Shown: positions 1-9,284 of the stretch, piece by piece
Layout: every line of letters starts with the position of its first letter
How positions within the stretch are numbered: the first letter of the stretch is position 1
Assembly: GCA_963795085.1 (NCBI GenBank)
Contig: CAWCFX010000002.1
Span: 64,001-128,000 of the forward strand
Direction of reading: 5' to 3'
Source of the DNA: an uncultured Gemmatimonadales bacterium
GTDB taxonomy: Bacteria; Gemmatimonadota; Gemmatimonadetes; Gemmatimonadales; GWC2-71-9
DNA: 64,000 nucleotides
The notes under the pieces: model-generated
What the model saw: only the letters and a program-made list of their open reading frames with translations
Told to the model about the DNA's origin: nothing
Database searches by the model: none
Made by a program: the position numbers and the translations under genes

Positions 1-1
1 C

Positions 2-181
2 GCGGTGGCCTCGACGGTCGTCGAGGTCTATGACATCGAGGCCAATACCTGGTCCACGGCCGCGCCGATTACCACGGCGCGCTCGGCCGCCGCGATCGCG
101 GTCATCGATGGGGTGATCTATGTCGCGGGGGGGAGCGCCAACAACACGGTGACGGGGGTGGTAGAGGCCTACGTGCCCTGA
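2..181 (+). CDS. Kelch-repeat protein, 3' end only (truncated by window edge)
   Basis: Not in the ORF track. Frame 2 reads AVASTVVEVYDIEANTWSTAAPITTARSAAAIAVIDGVIYVAGGSANNTVTGVVEAYVP*, with Kelch hallmarks VEVYD-x4-W and IYVAGG; TGA at 179-181. Confidence 0.85.
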   Translation, partial: AVASTVVEVYDIEANTWSTAAPITTARSAAAIAVIDGVIYVAGGSANNTVTGVVEAYVP

Positions 182-207
182 CCGGCCATCAGCGATTGGG
201 CCGGGCG

Positions 208-1272
208 CTAATCGCTGAGGGCCAGCCGTTGATTGTCTACCTCCACCCTCAGTTGTCCGCACGCCGCATTGATGTCCAGGCCCCGGCTCCGGCGGACGAC
301 CGCTTCGATCCCCTGGTTCCTGAGCCGGTCGGCAAAAGCGCGAATCCGGTTCCCCGACGTCGGGGTGAGGTCGGGGGCGCCGCCGGGGTGAAGGGGCAGC
401 AGGTTGACGAGGGCGCCCAGCGGCTGGGCCAGTTTCACCAGCAGGTCGGCGTCCCGATCCGAGTCGTTTTTCCCCGCGATCAGCACATACTCGAAGGTCA
501 CCCGCTTGCGGAAGGCCCGGGCGGCCTCCAGCACCTGGTCGAGGCCGTACTTTTTCTCGATCGGCATGATGGCAAGGCGGCGGTCCGCCGCCGGCGCATG
601 CAGGGATAGGGCCAGACGGAATTGTTCCGGCCGGAGCGCCAGCTCCTGCATCCCGGGGATGATGCCGACCGTGCTCACCGTAATGTGGCGTGCCCCGATG
701 CCGAGACCGTCCGGATCATTGAGCAGGGTGAGGGCGGTGTCCACGCCGGGCCAGTTGAGCAGCGGTTCACCCATTCCCATGAATACGACGTTGGTCGGCC
801 GCTCCGCCGGCAACCGGAGCGCCACCTCCCGGACCTGCCCGGCGATTTCGAACGGCGTGAGATTGCGGCGGAACCCCATGCGCCCGGTCGCGCAGAAGAC
901 GCAGCCCAGCGCGCACCCCGACTGCGAGGAGATGCACAGGGTCCGGCGCCCGCCACTGGGGATCAATACCGATTCGATGGCCTCGCCGTCGGCTAGCCGC
1001 CAGAGAAACTTCCGGGTGCCGTCGCTGGAGTCCTGCTGAACCTGGAGTTCGAGACGGGGCAGGGGATAATCCCGCTCCAATGCCTCCCGGACCACGGCCG
1101 GAAGGTCGCTGACATCGGTCCAGGAGGGTGTCGGCCGGGTCCAGAGCCGGGGTAGCATCTGACGGACCCGGAAGGCCGGGAGGCCCTGGCCGGCGGCCCA
1201 GGCCTCGAGCCGGGCCCGGGCGGCCCGGGGGGCCAGGTCGAGAATCGTCTCCGGTATGGACGGCTTCTTCAT
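208..1272 (-). CDS. rlmN: 23S rRNA (adenine2503-C2)-methyltransferase RlmN, radical SAM
   Basis: TLCISSQSGCALGCVFCATG (CxxxCxxC), VFMGMGEPL, and C-terminal RSRGLDINAACGQL. Confidence 0.95.
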   Translation of the reverse strand: MKKPSIPETILDLAPRAARARLEAWAAGQGLPAFRVRQMLPRLWTRPTPSWTDVSDLPAVVREALERDYPLPRLELQVQQDSSDGTRKFLWRLADGEAIESVLIPSGGRRTLCISSQSGCALGCVFCATGRMGFRRNLTPFEIAGQVREVALRLPAERPTNVVFMGMGEPLLNWPGVDTALTLLNDPDGLGIGARHITVSTVGIIPGMQELALRPEQFRLALSLHAPAADRRLAIMPIEKKYGLDQVLEAARAFRKRVTFEYVLIAGKNDSDRDADLLVKLAQPLGALVNLLPLHPGGAPDLTPTSGNRIRAFADRLRNQGIEAVVRRSRGLDINAACGQLRVEVDNQRLALSD

Positions 1273-1278
1273 GCGTCA

Positions 1279-1284
1279 ATTATA
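1279..1284 (-). promoter_or_regulatory. -10 box TATAAT, 6 nt upstream of the rlmN ATG (leaderless-type)
   Basis: Minus strand reads TATAAT-tgacgc-ATG; no Shine-Dalgarno. Confidence 0.6.
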
Positions 1285-1439
1285 AGCGCTCGGCGCAACC
1301 TTCCGGCCCATCCCGCCCCTTTACCCCCTTCCCACTGGTCCCGTGCCGCCTTGCCCCCTCACCCTCGTGCCCCCTTTCGTATCCTGCCGCACCGCCTCCC
1401 AGCGGTTTACTTTCCTTCGGATATGCCCGCCCTGACGCC

Positions 1440-1898
1440 GTGCTGCTCACCGACCTGATCACTCCCGCCCGCATCCGCCTGCCGGTTGAGGCGCACGATA
1501 AGACCGGGGCGATTCGTGAATTGGCGACGCTGCTGGTCGAGCAGTGTGGCGGCGTCCTGGAGGACGTGCTGCTGGCCATCGAGGAACGGGAACGGGTCCT
1601 GAGCACCGGGATCGGCTTCGGGGTCGCGGTGCCGCACGGAAAATCGCCCACCCTCAATGGCCTGGGACTGGTCTGTGGTGTGAGTGCCCGTCCGATTGCC
1701 TTTGATTCCGTTGACGGGGAGCCGGTGCGCCTGTTCTTCATGCTGGCGGGACCCGAATCCACCGCCGGGCCGCACGTCAGGGCGCTGAGCCGGATCGCGC
1801 GGCTGGTGCGGCGGGAGTCGGTGCGCACCCGTCTCCTGGGCGTGGACACCCCCATCGAGTTTCACCGCGTCATCCGCGAGGCCGAAGCGTGGCAATGA
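1440..1898 (+). CDS. PTS IIA domain protein (PtsN/fructose-type EIIA)
   Basis: ERERVLSTGIGFGVAVPHG with the phospho-His, FDSVDGEPVRLFFML, HVRALSRIARL. Start placed at GTG 1440 inside track ORF 1128..1898. Confidence 0.88.
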   Translation: MLLTDLITPARIRLPVEAHDKTGAIRELATLLVEQCGGVLEDVLLAIEERERVLSTGIGFGVAVPHGKSPTLNGLGLVCGVSARPIAFDSVDGEPVRLFFMLAGPESTAGPHVRALSRIARLVRRESVRTRLLGVDTPIEFHRVIREAEAWQ

Positions 1899-1911
1899 AG
1901 ATCCCATCCCC

Positions 1912-3684
1912 ATGACCCAGACCTCATTGCGTACCCATCGCCCCGGCGACCTGCGCCGCGAACATGCCGGGACCGCCGTCCGCCTCGGCGGGTGGATTCA
2001 CCGGGCCCGGGACCTGGGCGGCCTCCTCTTCATCGACCTTCGGGACCGTACCGGCATTGTCCAGCTCTCGTTCAACCCGGCCTGGACGCCACCTGATGTG
2101 ATTGCCGCGGCCGCGGCCGCTGGCACCGAGTCGGTGCTGCTGGTGGACGGAATCGTGGAACTCCGACCTGACCTGGCCCGGGAGTCTCAGCTCGCCACCC
2201 GGGACGTCGAGATCCATGTCACCGGCTGCCGGGTGGTGGGGCCCGCGGTGACCCCGGCGATCCCGGTGGGGCGGAAAGAGGGCGAGGAGTTGCCGGCCGA
2301 AGAACTCCGGCTCAAACACCGGGTGCTGGATTTGCGGCGGCCCGAGCTGCAGCAGAACCTGGTGCTGCGGCACCGGCTGCTGCAGCGGGCCCGCCGCACC
2401 CTCACCGATCTTGATTTCCTGGAAATCGAAACGCCGATCCTCACCAAGCCAACACCCGAAGGGGCCCGTGACTACCTGGTGCCCAGCCGGGTCCATCCCG
2501 GTGAGTTCTATGCGCTGCCGCAATCGCCGCAGATCTACAAGCAGTTGCTCATGGTGGCCGGGTATGACCGCTACTTCCAGCTGGCCCGCTGTTTCCGCGA
2601 CGAGGACTTGCGGGCCGACCGCCAGCCCGAGTTTACCCAGATCGACCTGGAAGCGTCCTTCGTGACAGCCGAAGATGTCCAGGCGGTGGTCGAGCGGGTG
2701 CTGGTTGACCTGTGGGAGGAGGCGGGCCAGTCGGTGCCGCGGCCGTTCCGACGGCTCAGCTGGCGGGAGGCGGTCGAGCGATTTGGTATCGATAAGCCTG
2801 ACCTTCGCTTCGGGCTGGAGCTGCAGGACCTTACCGCCCAGGTCGGCGGCGACGCCGCATCCTTTGTCAGCGAGGCCACGGCCCGGGGCGGCCGGCTTCG
2901 TGGCCTGGTGGCGGGCGGCGGCTCGGCGCTGGCCCGGAAGGATCTCGACGCCCTGACCCAGCTGGCCAAGGCGGCCGGTGCGGGCGGCCTCATGTGGGCC
3001 CGCCGCACCGCCGCGGGCTGGGAAGGGCAGGGGATCAAGGCGCTGGGCGCCACTCTCCTGGAGCAGGTCAGCGCCCGGGAAGGCGATCTCCTCCTCGCCC
3101 TTACCGGCCCGGACCCGGTGACCTCGGCGGGGCTGCATGCCGTCCGCACCGAGGTGATCCGCCGGCTTCAGCTCAAGCCGCTCGTGGCGCATGCCTTTGC
3201 CTGGATCGTGGACTTCCCCCTGTTCGAGCTGGATGAAGGCAGCGGGCAGTACCTCCCGGCCCATCATCCGTTTACCGCACCACACCCGGAGGACGCTGCG
3301 CGGCTGGAGAGTGATCCGGCGCACTGCCGGGCTCAGCACTATGACGCGGTATATAATGGAAACGAGTTGGGGAGCGGATCCATCCGGATCACCGACACCG
3401 GGGTCCAGCGGACCATCTTCCGGCTGCTGGGCATTCCGGACGATGAGATTCGCCGCCGGTTCGGATTCCTGCTGGATGGGCTGGCCGCCGGCGCCCCTCC
3501 GCACGGGGGCTTCGCCCTGGGATTTGATCGGATCGCGATGCTGCTGGCGGGTGCCACGTCGCTGCGGGACGTGATTGCGTTTCCCAAGACCACGGCGGCA
3601 CGGGCTCTGTTCGAAGGCGCCCCTACCCGGGTGGACCCGCGCGATATCGCGGCCCTGCACCTGAGGGTCGAGGGTGACGCGTGA
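1912..3684 (+). CDS. aspS: Aspartate--tRNA ligase
   Basis: RDLGGLLFIDLRD, PTPEGARDYLVPSR, FRDEDLRADRQPEFTQID, PPHGGFALGFDR. Confidence 0.97.
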   Translation: MTQTSLRTHRPGDLRREHAGTAVRLGGWIHRARDLGGLLFIDLRDRTGIVQLSFNPAWTPPDVIAAAAAAGTESVLLVDGIVELRPDLARESQLATRDVEIHVTGCRVVGPAVTPAIPVGRKEGEELPAEELRLKHRVLDLRRPELQQNLVLRHRLLQRARRTLTDLDFLEIETPILTKPTPEGARDYLVPSRVHPGEFYALPQSPQIYKQLLMVAGYDRYFQLARCFRDEDLRADRQPEFTQIDLEASFVTAEDVQAVVERVLVDLWEEAGQSVPRPFRRLSWREAVERFGIDKPDLRFGLELQDLTAQVGGDAASFVSEATARGGRLRGLVAGGGSALARKDLDALTQLAKAAGAGGLMWARRTAAGWEGQGIKALGATLLEQVSAREGDLLLALTGPDPVTSAGLHAVRTEVIRRLQLKPLVAHAFAWIVDFPLFELDEGSGQYLPAHHPFTAPHPEDAARLESDPAHCRAQHYDAVYNGNELGSGSIRITDTGVQRTIFRLLGIPDDEIRRRFGFLLDGLAAGAPPHGGFALGFDRIAMLLAGATSLRDVIAFPKTTAARALFEGAPTRVDPRDIAALHLRVEGDA

Positions 3685-3742
3685 CGCGACAGGTGATGAG
3701 CGACGAGCGAGAAGTGACGCGTGAGAAAGCGACAGGTGGCAG
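3674..3742 (+). repeat. Degenerate heptamer tandem array (GYGA-NNN), about 10 units, overlapping the aspS stop
   Basis: gtgacgc|gtgac|gcgacag|gtgatga|gcgacga|gcgagaa|gtgacgc|gtgagaa(a)|gcgacag|gtggcag. Confidence 0.55.
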
Positions 3743-3766
3743 GCGGGTTGGGTTCCTTCAAAAAGG

Positions 3767-4726
3767 ATGGACCAGTTGGGAGATGAAGTTCATCATCGGC
3801 TTTCCGCCGAGGGCGCCGATCCTCTGATCCTGGCGGGGGTCAATGACAGCAACCTGGTGGAACTGGAGCGGGCGCTCGGGGTCCGGGTCTCGTTGCGGGG
3901 CGACACGCTGACGCTGAACGGGACCGCGGAGCAGCTGGAGCGGGCCACGCCCGTGGTAATGGGCCTGATCGACCTGGCCCGCATGGGGGAGCCGGTGTCC
4001 GCCGAGGACGTCATCCGGTTTGCGGCCGAGGGCCAATCGGCCGAGGCGGTGGCGGGGGGCGAACAGAAGATCGTGCTCCCCGGCTTGCGGCGGGTGATCG
4101 CGCCCAAGACCGCGGGGCAGCGGGATTATCTGCAGGCGATTTCCACCCACGACATCGTGGTCGGGATCGGACCGGCCGGCACCGGCAAGACCTACCTGGC
4201 GGTGGCCAAGGCGGTCGAGGCCCTGGCCCGCAAGCGGGTCAAGCGGATCATCCTGGCCCGTCCCGCGGTCGAGGCCGGTGAGTCGCTGGGGTTCCTGCCC
4301 GGAGATCTCCAGGCGAAGGTCGATCCCTATCTCCGCCCGCTCTACGACGCGCTGGAAGACATGATGCCGCACGACCGGGTCCAGCGCGCGCTGGAGACCC
4401 GTACCATCGAGATCGCTCCGCTGGCCTACATGCGGGGCCGCACCCTCTCCGATGCGTTCATCATCCTGGACGAGGCGCAGAACGCCACCGGCGCCCAGAT
4501 GAAGATGTTTCTCACCCGGCTGGGGGTAAACTCCAAGACGGTGGTGACGGGCGACAAGACCCAGATCGACCTGCCCCGGCGGGAAGAGTCGGGACTGGTC
4601 CAGGTGGAGCGGATCCTGCCCGGCATCGAGGGAATCTCGTTCTGCTACCTGAGCGAGAATGACGTCATCCGGCACCGTCTGGTACGGGAGATCATCCGGG
4701 CGTACGCGGCGGATCAGAGCGGCTGA
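3767..4726 (+). CDS. phoH: PhoH family ATPase (YbeZ/PhoH-like)
   Basis: GPAGTGKT Walker A, RPAVEAGESLGFLPG, AYMRGRT, ILDEAQN. Confidence 0.93.
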   Translation: MDQLGDEVHHRLSAEGADPLILAGVNDSNLVELERALGVRVSLRGDTLTLNGTAEQLERATPVVMGLIDLARMGEPVSAEDVIRFAAEGQSAEAVAGGEQKIVLPGLRRVIAPKTAGQRDYLQAISTHDIVVGIGPAGTGKTYLAVAKAVEALARKRVKRIILARPAVEAGESLGFLPGDLQAKVDPYLRPLYDALEDMMPHDRVQRALETRTIEIAPLAYMRGRTLSDAFIILDEAQNATGAQMKMFLTRLGVNSKTVVTGDKTQIDLPRREESGLVQVERILPGIEGISFCYLSENDVIRHRLVREIIRAYAADQSG

Positions 4727-6453
4727 TGTCCGCCTCGTGGTCGGAGATCAGGCAGGAATCACTGGCGGGCATGACCGGCCCCCGAAAGGCCTGGTTCCAC
4801 CTGGTCCGCTGGGGGGTGCTGCTGATCGTGGCGCTGGTGACCTACCTGGTGTTCCCGACCACCGGGTCTCTTGACGTGCCGGTGTACCCGATCGGCTCCA
4901 CCGCCGAGCGGGAGGTCGTCTCGCCCACCGACCTGGTCTACTGGGAAAAGGTAACCCAGTATCTGGAGCAGCCCGGCCGCAGAGGCGGGGCGGCGCACAA
5001 CCAGCAGATCGCGGTGGTGGATTCGCTGCGCCACGTGGTGCGGGCCGGCGACCGGGTGGTTTCGCTCGGAGAAACGGTGACCCGGGACCAGAGCCTGACA
5101 CTGTCCGCCCTCTCTCACGCCCTGGCGGACCAGGCCGGAGGCGCCGGGCTGCTCCGCTCGGTGCTGGGGCCGGTCCTGTTTAACTGCCTGGTGCTGGGGA
5201 CGTTCTGGCTGCTGCTGATGTTCTACCGCTGGGAATCCTACAGCAGTATCCGCGAGATGATGTTTTTCGGCATGGTCTTCTCCGTCGTCGTGGTGCTCTC
5301 CGCCATGATGAGCCGCCTGCTGCCGGACCGGCCCGAGCTGATCCCGGTTCCCTTCGCGGCCATTCTGATCACGCTCATCTACAACGGCCGGGTGGGCCTG
5401 TATGCCGCCACGACTTTGGCCATCCTGATCGGCAGCCAGTGGTCGCTCCGCGATTCCGAGGCGCTCTTTCTCGCCCTGGTGGCCGGTGTCGCGGCCGCCG
5501 TGGGCACCCGGGCTGCCCGCCGGCGCAAGGAGTTGTACCTCACCATCGGCGCCACGGTGGGGGCCTATGCCCTCGCCGCTCTGACCCTGGGCCTGCTCCA
5601 GGGGTGGCTTCCGGCCGAGATGGGGTGGTCCGCGATGCGGGGGGCCGTGACCGCGCTGGGCAGCGCTTCGGTCGCCATGCTGCTGTTGCCGGTGGCGGAG
5701 GCCGGCACCCTGGTGACGACGGACATCACCCTGCTGGAACTCTCCGATCCGGGCCGCCCGCTGCTCCGGCGGCTCGCCCTGGATGCGCCCGGCACCTACG
5801 CGCACAGCATCGCGATGGCGAACCTCTGCGAAGCCGCCTGCAACGCGATCGGCGCTAATGGACTGCTCGCGCGAGTCGGCTGCTATTACCACGACATCGG
5901 CAAATCCAGGCATCCCGAGTATTTCGTGGAGAACCAGAAGCCGGGGCGCAATCCGCACGACCAGCTCAAGCCCGCGGAGTCGGCGGCGATCGTCCGGAAC
6001 CACGTCCTCGACGGGATGGCGATGGCCCGGGACGCCGGGCTGCCGGAGTCCATCGTCGCCTTCATTCCCGAGCACCATGGGACCCAGTACATCGAGTACT
6101 TTCTCGACCGGGCCCGGAAGGACGGCGCGGTCAACCCCGAAGAGTTCCGCTACCCCGGACCCAAGCCCCGGTCCGCGGAGACCGCCATCGTCATGCTGGC
6201 GGATTCCACCGAGGCGGCTCTCCGGCTGCTGGGGGACCCGACCGCTGAGCGGGTTCGCAGCGCGGTGGACTTCCTGGTGCAGGAGAAGCTCGATGCCGGG
6301 CAACTCAAGGACTCGCCCCTCACGCTGAGCGAGCTCGACCGGGTCAAGGAAGAATTCGTCCGGGTCATGAGCAGCATGCGCCACGTCAGGATCGAATACC
6401 CCGAGCGGATCGGCGGAATTGCCGCCCGGTTTCCCCAGACCCGCAAGCCGTGA
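4726..6453 (+). CDS. 7TM-HD (HDIG) membrane phosphohydrolase, PgpH-like
   Basis: Multiple TM segments, then APGTYAHS, YYHDIGK, EHHGT, YPGPKP, MLADS; lies between phoH and ybeY as is typical. Confidence 0.88.
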   Translation: MSASWSEIRQESLAGMTGPRKAWFHLVRWGVLLIVALVTYLVFPTTGSLDVPVYPIGSTAEREVVSPTDLVYWEKVTQYLEQPGRRGGAAHNQQIAVVDSLRHVVRAGDRVVSLGETVTRDQSLTLSALSHALADQAGGAGLLRSVLGPVLFNCLVLGTFWLLLMFYRWESYSSIREMMFFGMVFSVVVVLSAMMSRLLPDRPELIPVPFAAILITLIYNGRVGLYAATTLAILIGSQWSLRDSEALFLALVAGVAAAVGTRAARRRKELYLTIGATVGAYALAALTLGLLQGWLPAEMGWSAMRGAVTALGSASVAMLLLPVAEAGTLVTTDITLLELSDPGRPLLRRLALDAPGTYAHSIAMANLCEAACNAIGANGLLARVGCYYHDIGKSRHPEYFVENQKPGRNPHDQLKPAESAAIVRNHVLDGMAMARDAGLPESIVAFIPEHHGTQYIEYFLDRARKDGAVNPEEFRYPGPKPRSAETAIVMLADSTEAALRLLGDPTAERVRSAVDFLVQEKLDAGQLKDSPLTLSELDRVKEEFVRVMSSMRHVRIEYPERIGGIAARFPQTRKP

Positions 6454-6872
6454 CCGTCATCCGCGTCGGCGGGCGAGTCCTCGCGCTGCCGGTGCCGCTG
6501 GTGCGGAAGGCGGTCCGGGTGGTGCTCGAGTCGGAACAGCGGTCGGCGGTCATTTCGGTCACGTTTCTCGGCGCCCGCACCATGCGCCGGCTCAACCGGC
6601 AGCACAAGAAACATGACGTCCCGACCGATGTCCTGGCGTTCGCACTGGCCATGCCCGATGGCAGGCTCGCCGGCGACGTGTACGTCTGCCGGGCCGTCGC
6701 GGAGCGGCAGGCCCGGGACGCGGCAGTGAGCCTGCGGCAGGAACTGGTCCGCCTGGTCGTCCACGGCGTGCTGCATGTGCTGGGACACGAACACCCGGAC
6801 GGCCGGGGCCGGGAATCCTCCGCCATGTGGCGAAGGCAGGAACGCTATGTCCGCCGGGTCCTCGGCGGCTGA
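6450..6872 (+). CDS. ybeY: rRNA maturation endoribonuclease YbeY
   Basis: MRRLNRQH..PTDVLAF, GDVYVC, HGVLHVLGHEH metal motif; GTGA overlap with the upstream stop. Confidence 0.92.
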   Translation: MTVIRVGGRVLALPVPLVRKAVRVVLESEQRSAVISVTFLGARTMRRLNRQHKKHDVPTDVLAFALAMPDGRLAGDVYVCRAVAERQARDAAVSLRQELVRLVVHGVLHVLGHEHPDGRGRESSAMWRRQERYVRRVLGG

Positions 6873-6892
6873 CTCGTGCGCCACGGAGCCTG

Positions 6893-8092
6893 ATGCTGCA
6901 ATCGGTCCTCTCAGTCATTCAACTGCTCTTCGCGCCCATCATCGCGGGGATGCTTACCCTGTGGGCCGGCTGGCTGGCCCTCGCGGGCGAGGCGGGCGAC
7001 CAGCTCCCCCGGGTGCTGGAAGGACAGTTCCGCGCGTTCGAGGACGAAGCCTCCAGCGCCCGGCGGCTGCACGTGTCCCATCTGGCCCTGCTGGTGCTCG
7101 CGGGCGCCTTCTCGGCCGTGGCGGTGTCGTGGTGGACGTGGCCGCCGGTGCTCGCCATCCCCCGGCTGCTCCTGGTCGTCGGCCTGGTGTGGATCGTGGG
7201 GGACAGCCTGCCGCGCCTGCTGGCCACCATCGCGCCCGACCTTCCCGGGCTGCTCCACAAGCCCGCGATCCGGACCCTGGCGCCTTTCGGGCCGCTGCTC
7301 CGGCTGGTGAACTGGGCCGATCGCCGCCGCCAGCCGGCTCCCTCCGACGCACGGCGGCGGGAGTCCGGCGCCAACCAGCGCGACATGCTCCTGGGCCTGT
7401 TTTCCCTGGCCGATACGACGGTCGCCGAGGTCATGACACCGCGGATCGACATCATCGCCGTGGACGTGGCCGCCGACCGCGACGAAGTCATCGCGACCCT
7501 GCGCCGCTGCGAACACGCCCGCCTGCTGGTGTATGATGAACACCCCGATGCCATCACCGGCGTGCTGTACGCCAAGGACATGCTGGCCAGCATGGCCGAG
7601 GACCGCGACCCCGCGGCCTGGCACACGCTGATCCGGCCGGCCGCCTTCGTCCCCGAGGGAAAGACCCTGGACCGCCAGCTCCGTGACTTCCAGCGGGGCC
7701 CCAGTCACCTGGCCGTGGTAGTGGATGAATTCGGGGGTACCGCCGGGCTGATCACGCTGGAGGACATCCTGGAGCAGATCGTGGGCGAGATCCAGGATGA
7801 GCACGATACCGACGAGGTCGCGCCCATCCAGGAGGCGCCCGATTCCCATTTCGTGGTGCAGGGCAACGCCGCGCTGGCCGAGTTGGAGGCGGTCCTGGGC
7901 CACGTGTTCAACCGGGAGGACGTGAGCACGGTGGGCGGCCTGATGCTGGCGCTGTTCGGGCGGGTGCCCCGCGCCGGCGAAACCGTGGAACTGGACGGGT
8001 TCCGGTTCATGGCCGACCAGGTGGTGCACCGGCGGGTCCGCCGGGTGCAGGTCTTTCCCGGCGCGGCGGCGCCCCCGGGGCGGGCGTCGTGA
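6893..8092 (+). CDS. CNNM/hemolysin-family protein (TM + CBS pair + CorC domain)
   Basis: VAEVMTPRIDI, FVPEGK, VVDEFGGTAGLITLEDILEQIVGEIQDEHD. Start placed at ATG 6893, with GGAG upstream. Confidence 0.88.
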   Translation: MLQSVLSVIQLLFAPIIAGMLTLWAGWLALAGEAGDQLPRVLEGQFRAFEDEASSARRLHVSHLALLVLAGAFSAVAVSWWTWPPVLAIPRLLLVVGLVWIVGDSLPRLLATIAPDLPGLLHKPAIRTLAPFGPLLRLVNWADRRRQPAPSDARRRESGANQRDMLLGLFSLADTTVAEVMTPRIDIIAVDVAADRDEVIATLRRCEHARLLVYDEHPDAITGVLYAKDMLASMAEDRDPAAWHTLIRPAAFVPEGKTLDRQLRDFQRGPSHLAVVVDEFGGTAGLITLEDILEQIVGEIQDEHDTDEVAPIQEAPDSHFVVQGNAALAELEAVLGHVFNREDVSTVGGLMLALFGRVPRAGETVELDGFRFMADQVVHRRVRRVQVFPGAAAPPGRAS

Positions 8093-9273
8093 ACTGGATC
8101 GTCTTTGGGGTGGGGATGTTGCTCGCGGTGTTCGGGGCGGGCGCCAGTGCCGCGCTGGTCTCGGTCGGCCGGATCGAACTGACGCGGGCGGCCTCCCGCC
8201 GGCTCCGCGGCGGGCCGGGCTCGCCCTCCTGGCTGGCCCGGATCGACCAGTATCTCGCGGCCGCCTCCGCCACCATGTCCCTCGGGGTCATCATCCTGGG
8301 CGCCTCCTTCCCGGTCCTCTTCACCGGGTTCCGGTTCCTCATCGTGGCCACCCTGATCATCCTGCTCGCGGTGCCCCTCGTGCTGTTCAGCGGGTACCTG
8401 CTTCCCCGCTGGCTGGCCCAGCCACGGGCCGAATGGATCGTGCGGAAGGTGGTCCCGGTGCTGCGCCCCTGGGCCGCGATCGTGGCCCCGCTGCTGCCCT
8501 CCCGGCAGGGGCGGCGCCCCCCGGAAATCCGCTCGGTGATGCGCGAGGGTGCCGCCGCCGGCCTCGAGAACGATGAAGAGATGCTGATGGTCGCCGGCGT
8601 CATGAGCTTCAGCGACCGGCCGGTCCGCGAGGTCATGACCCCGCGCACCGACATCGTCGCCATCGCGGAGGACGCCGATCTGAGCGACATCCGGCTGACC
8701 TTCGCGCAGAGCGGATACACCCGGATCCCGGTGTACCGCGGCAGCCTGGACGAGATCGCCGGCATGCTCCACGCCTTCGACCTCTTCAAGCTGGTGCCGG
8801 GCTCTCCGCTGCCGGTGCGGCCGGTCGCGATCGCCCCTTCGTCCCGGCGCTGCGGTGACCTGCTGCTCGACATGCAGCGGGAACGGCGCCACCTGGCGGT
8901 GATTCTCGATGAATTCGGGGGAACCCTGGGGCTGGCCAGTTTCGAGGACCTGCTGGAGGAGCTGGTCGGCGAGATCTTCGACGAGCACGACGAAGAGAGC
9001 CGGCAGCCGCCGATGCCGGCCCTGGACGTCTTCGAGACCGACGGGGCCACCGCACCCTCCGCCATCGAGGAGCGCTTCGGCGTCCAGCTCGACGAGACCG
9101 GCGCGACCACCATCGGCGGATTGCTGGTCGAACTGGCCGGCCGGATTCCCCAGCCGGGCGAACGGTTCCTCCTGAAGGGACTGGAGATTGACGTAGTGCA
9201 GGGATCACCCAACCGGGTGGAACGGGTGCTGATCCGCCCCGGCCCGGTTTCGGCCGTCCCCCTGGGCCGCTGA
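8089..9273 (+). CDS. Second CNNM/hemolysin-family CBS-CorC protein
   Basis: VREVMTPRTDI, SGYTRIPVY, LDEFGGTLGLASFEDLLEELVGEIFDEHD; GTGA overlap. Confidence 0.88.
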   Translation: MNWIVFGVGMLLAVFGAGASAALVSVGRIELTRAASRRLRGGPGSPSWLARIDQYLAAASATMSLGVIILGASFPVLFTGFRFLIVATLIILLAVPLVLFSGYLLPRWLAQPRAEWIVRKVVPVLRPWAAIVAPLLPSRQGRRPPEIRSVMREGAAAGLENDEEMLMVAGVMSFSDRPVREVMTPRTDIVAIAEDADLSDIRLTFAQSGYTRIPVYRGSLDEIAGMLHAFDLFKLVPGSPLPVRPVAIAPSSRRCGDLLLDMQRERRHLAVILDEFGGTLGLASFEDLLEELVGEIFDEHDEESRQPPMPALDVFETDGATAPSAIEERFGVQLDETGATTIGGLLVELAGRIPQPGERFLLKGLEIDVVQGSPNRVERVLIRPGPVSAVPLGR

Positions 9274-9284
9274 AGGCGGCGCAC

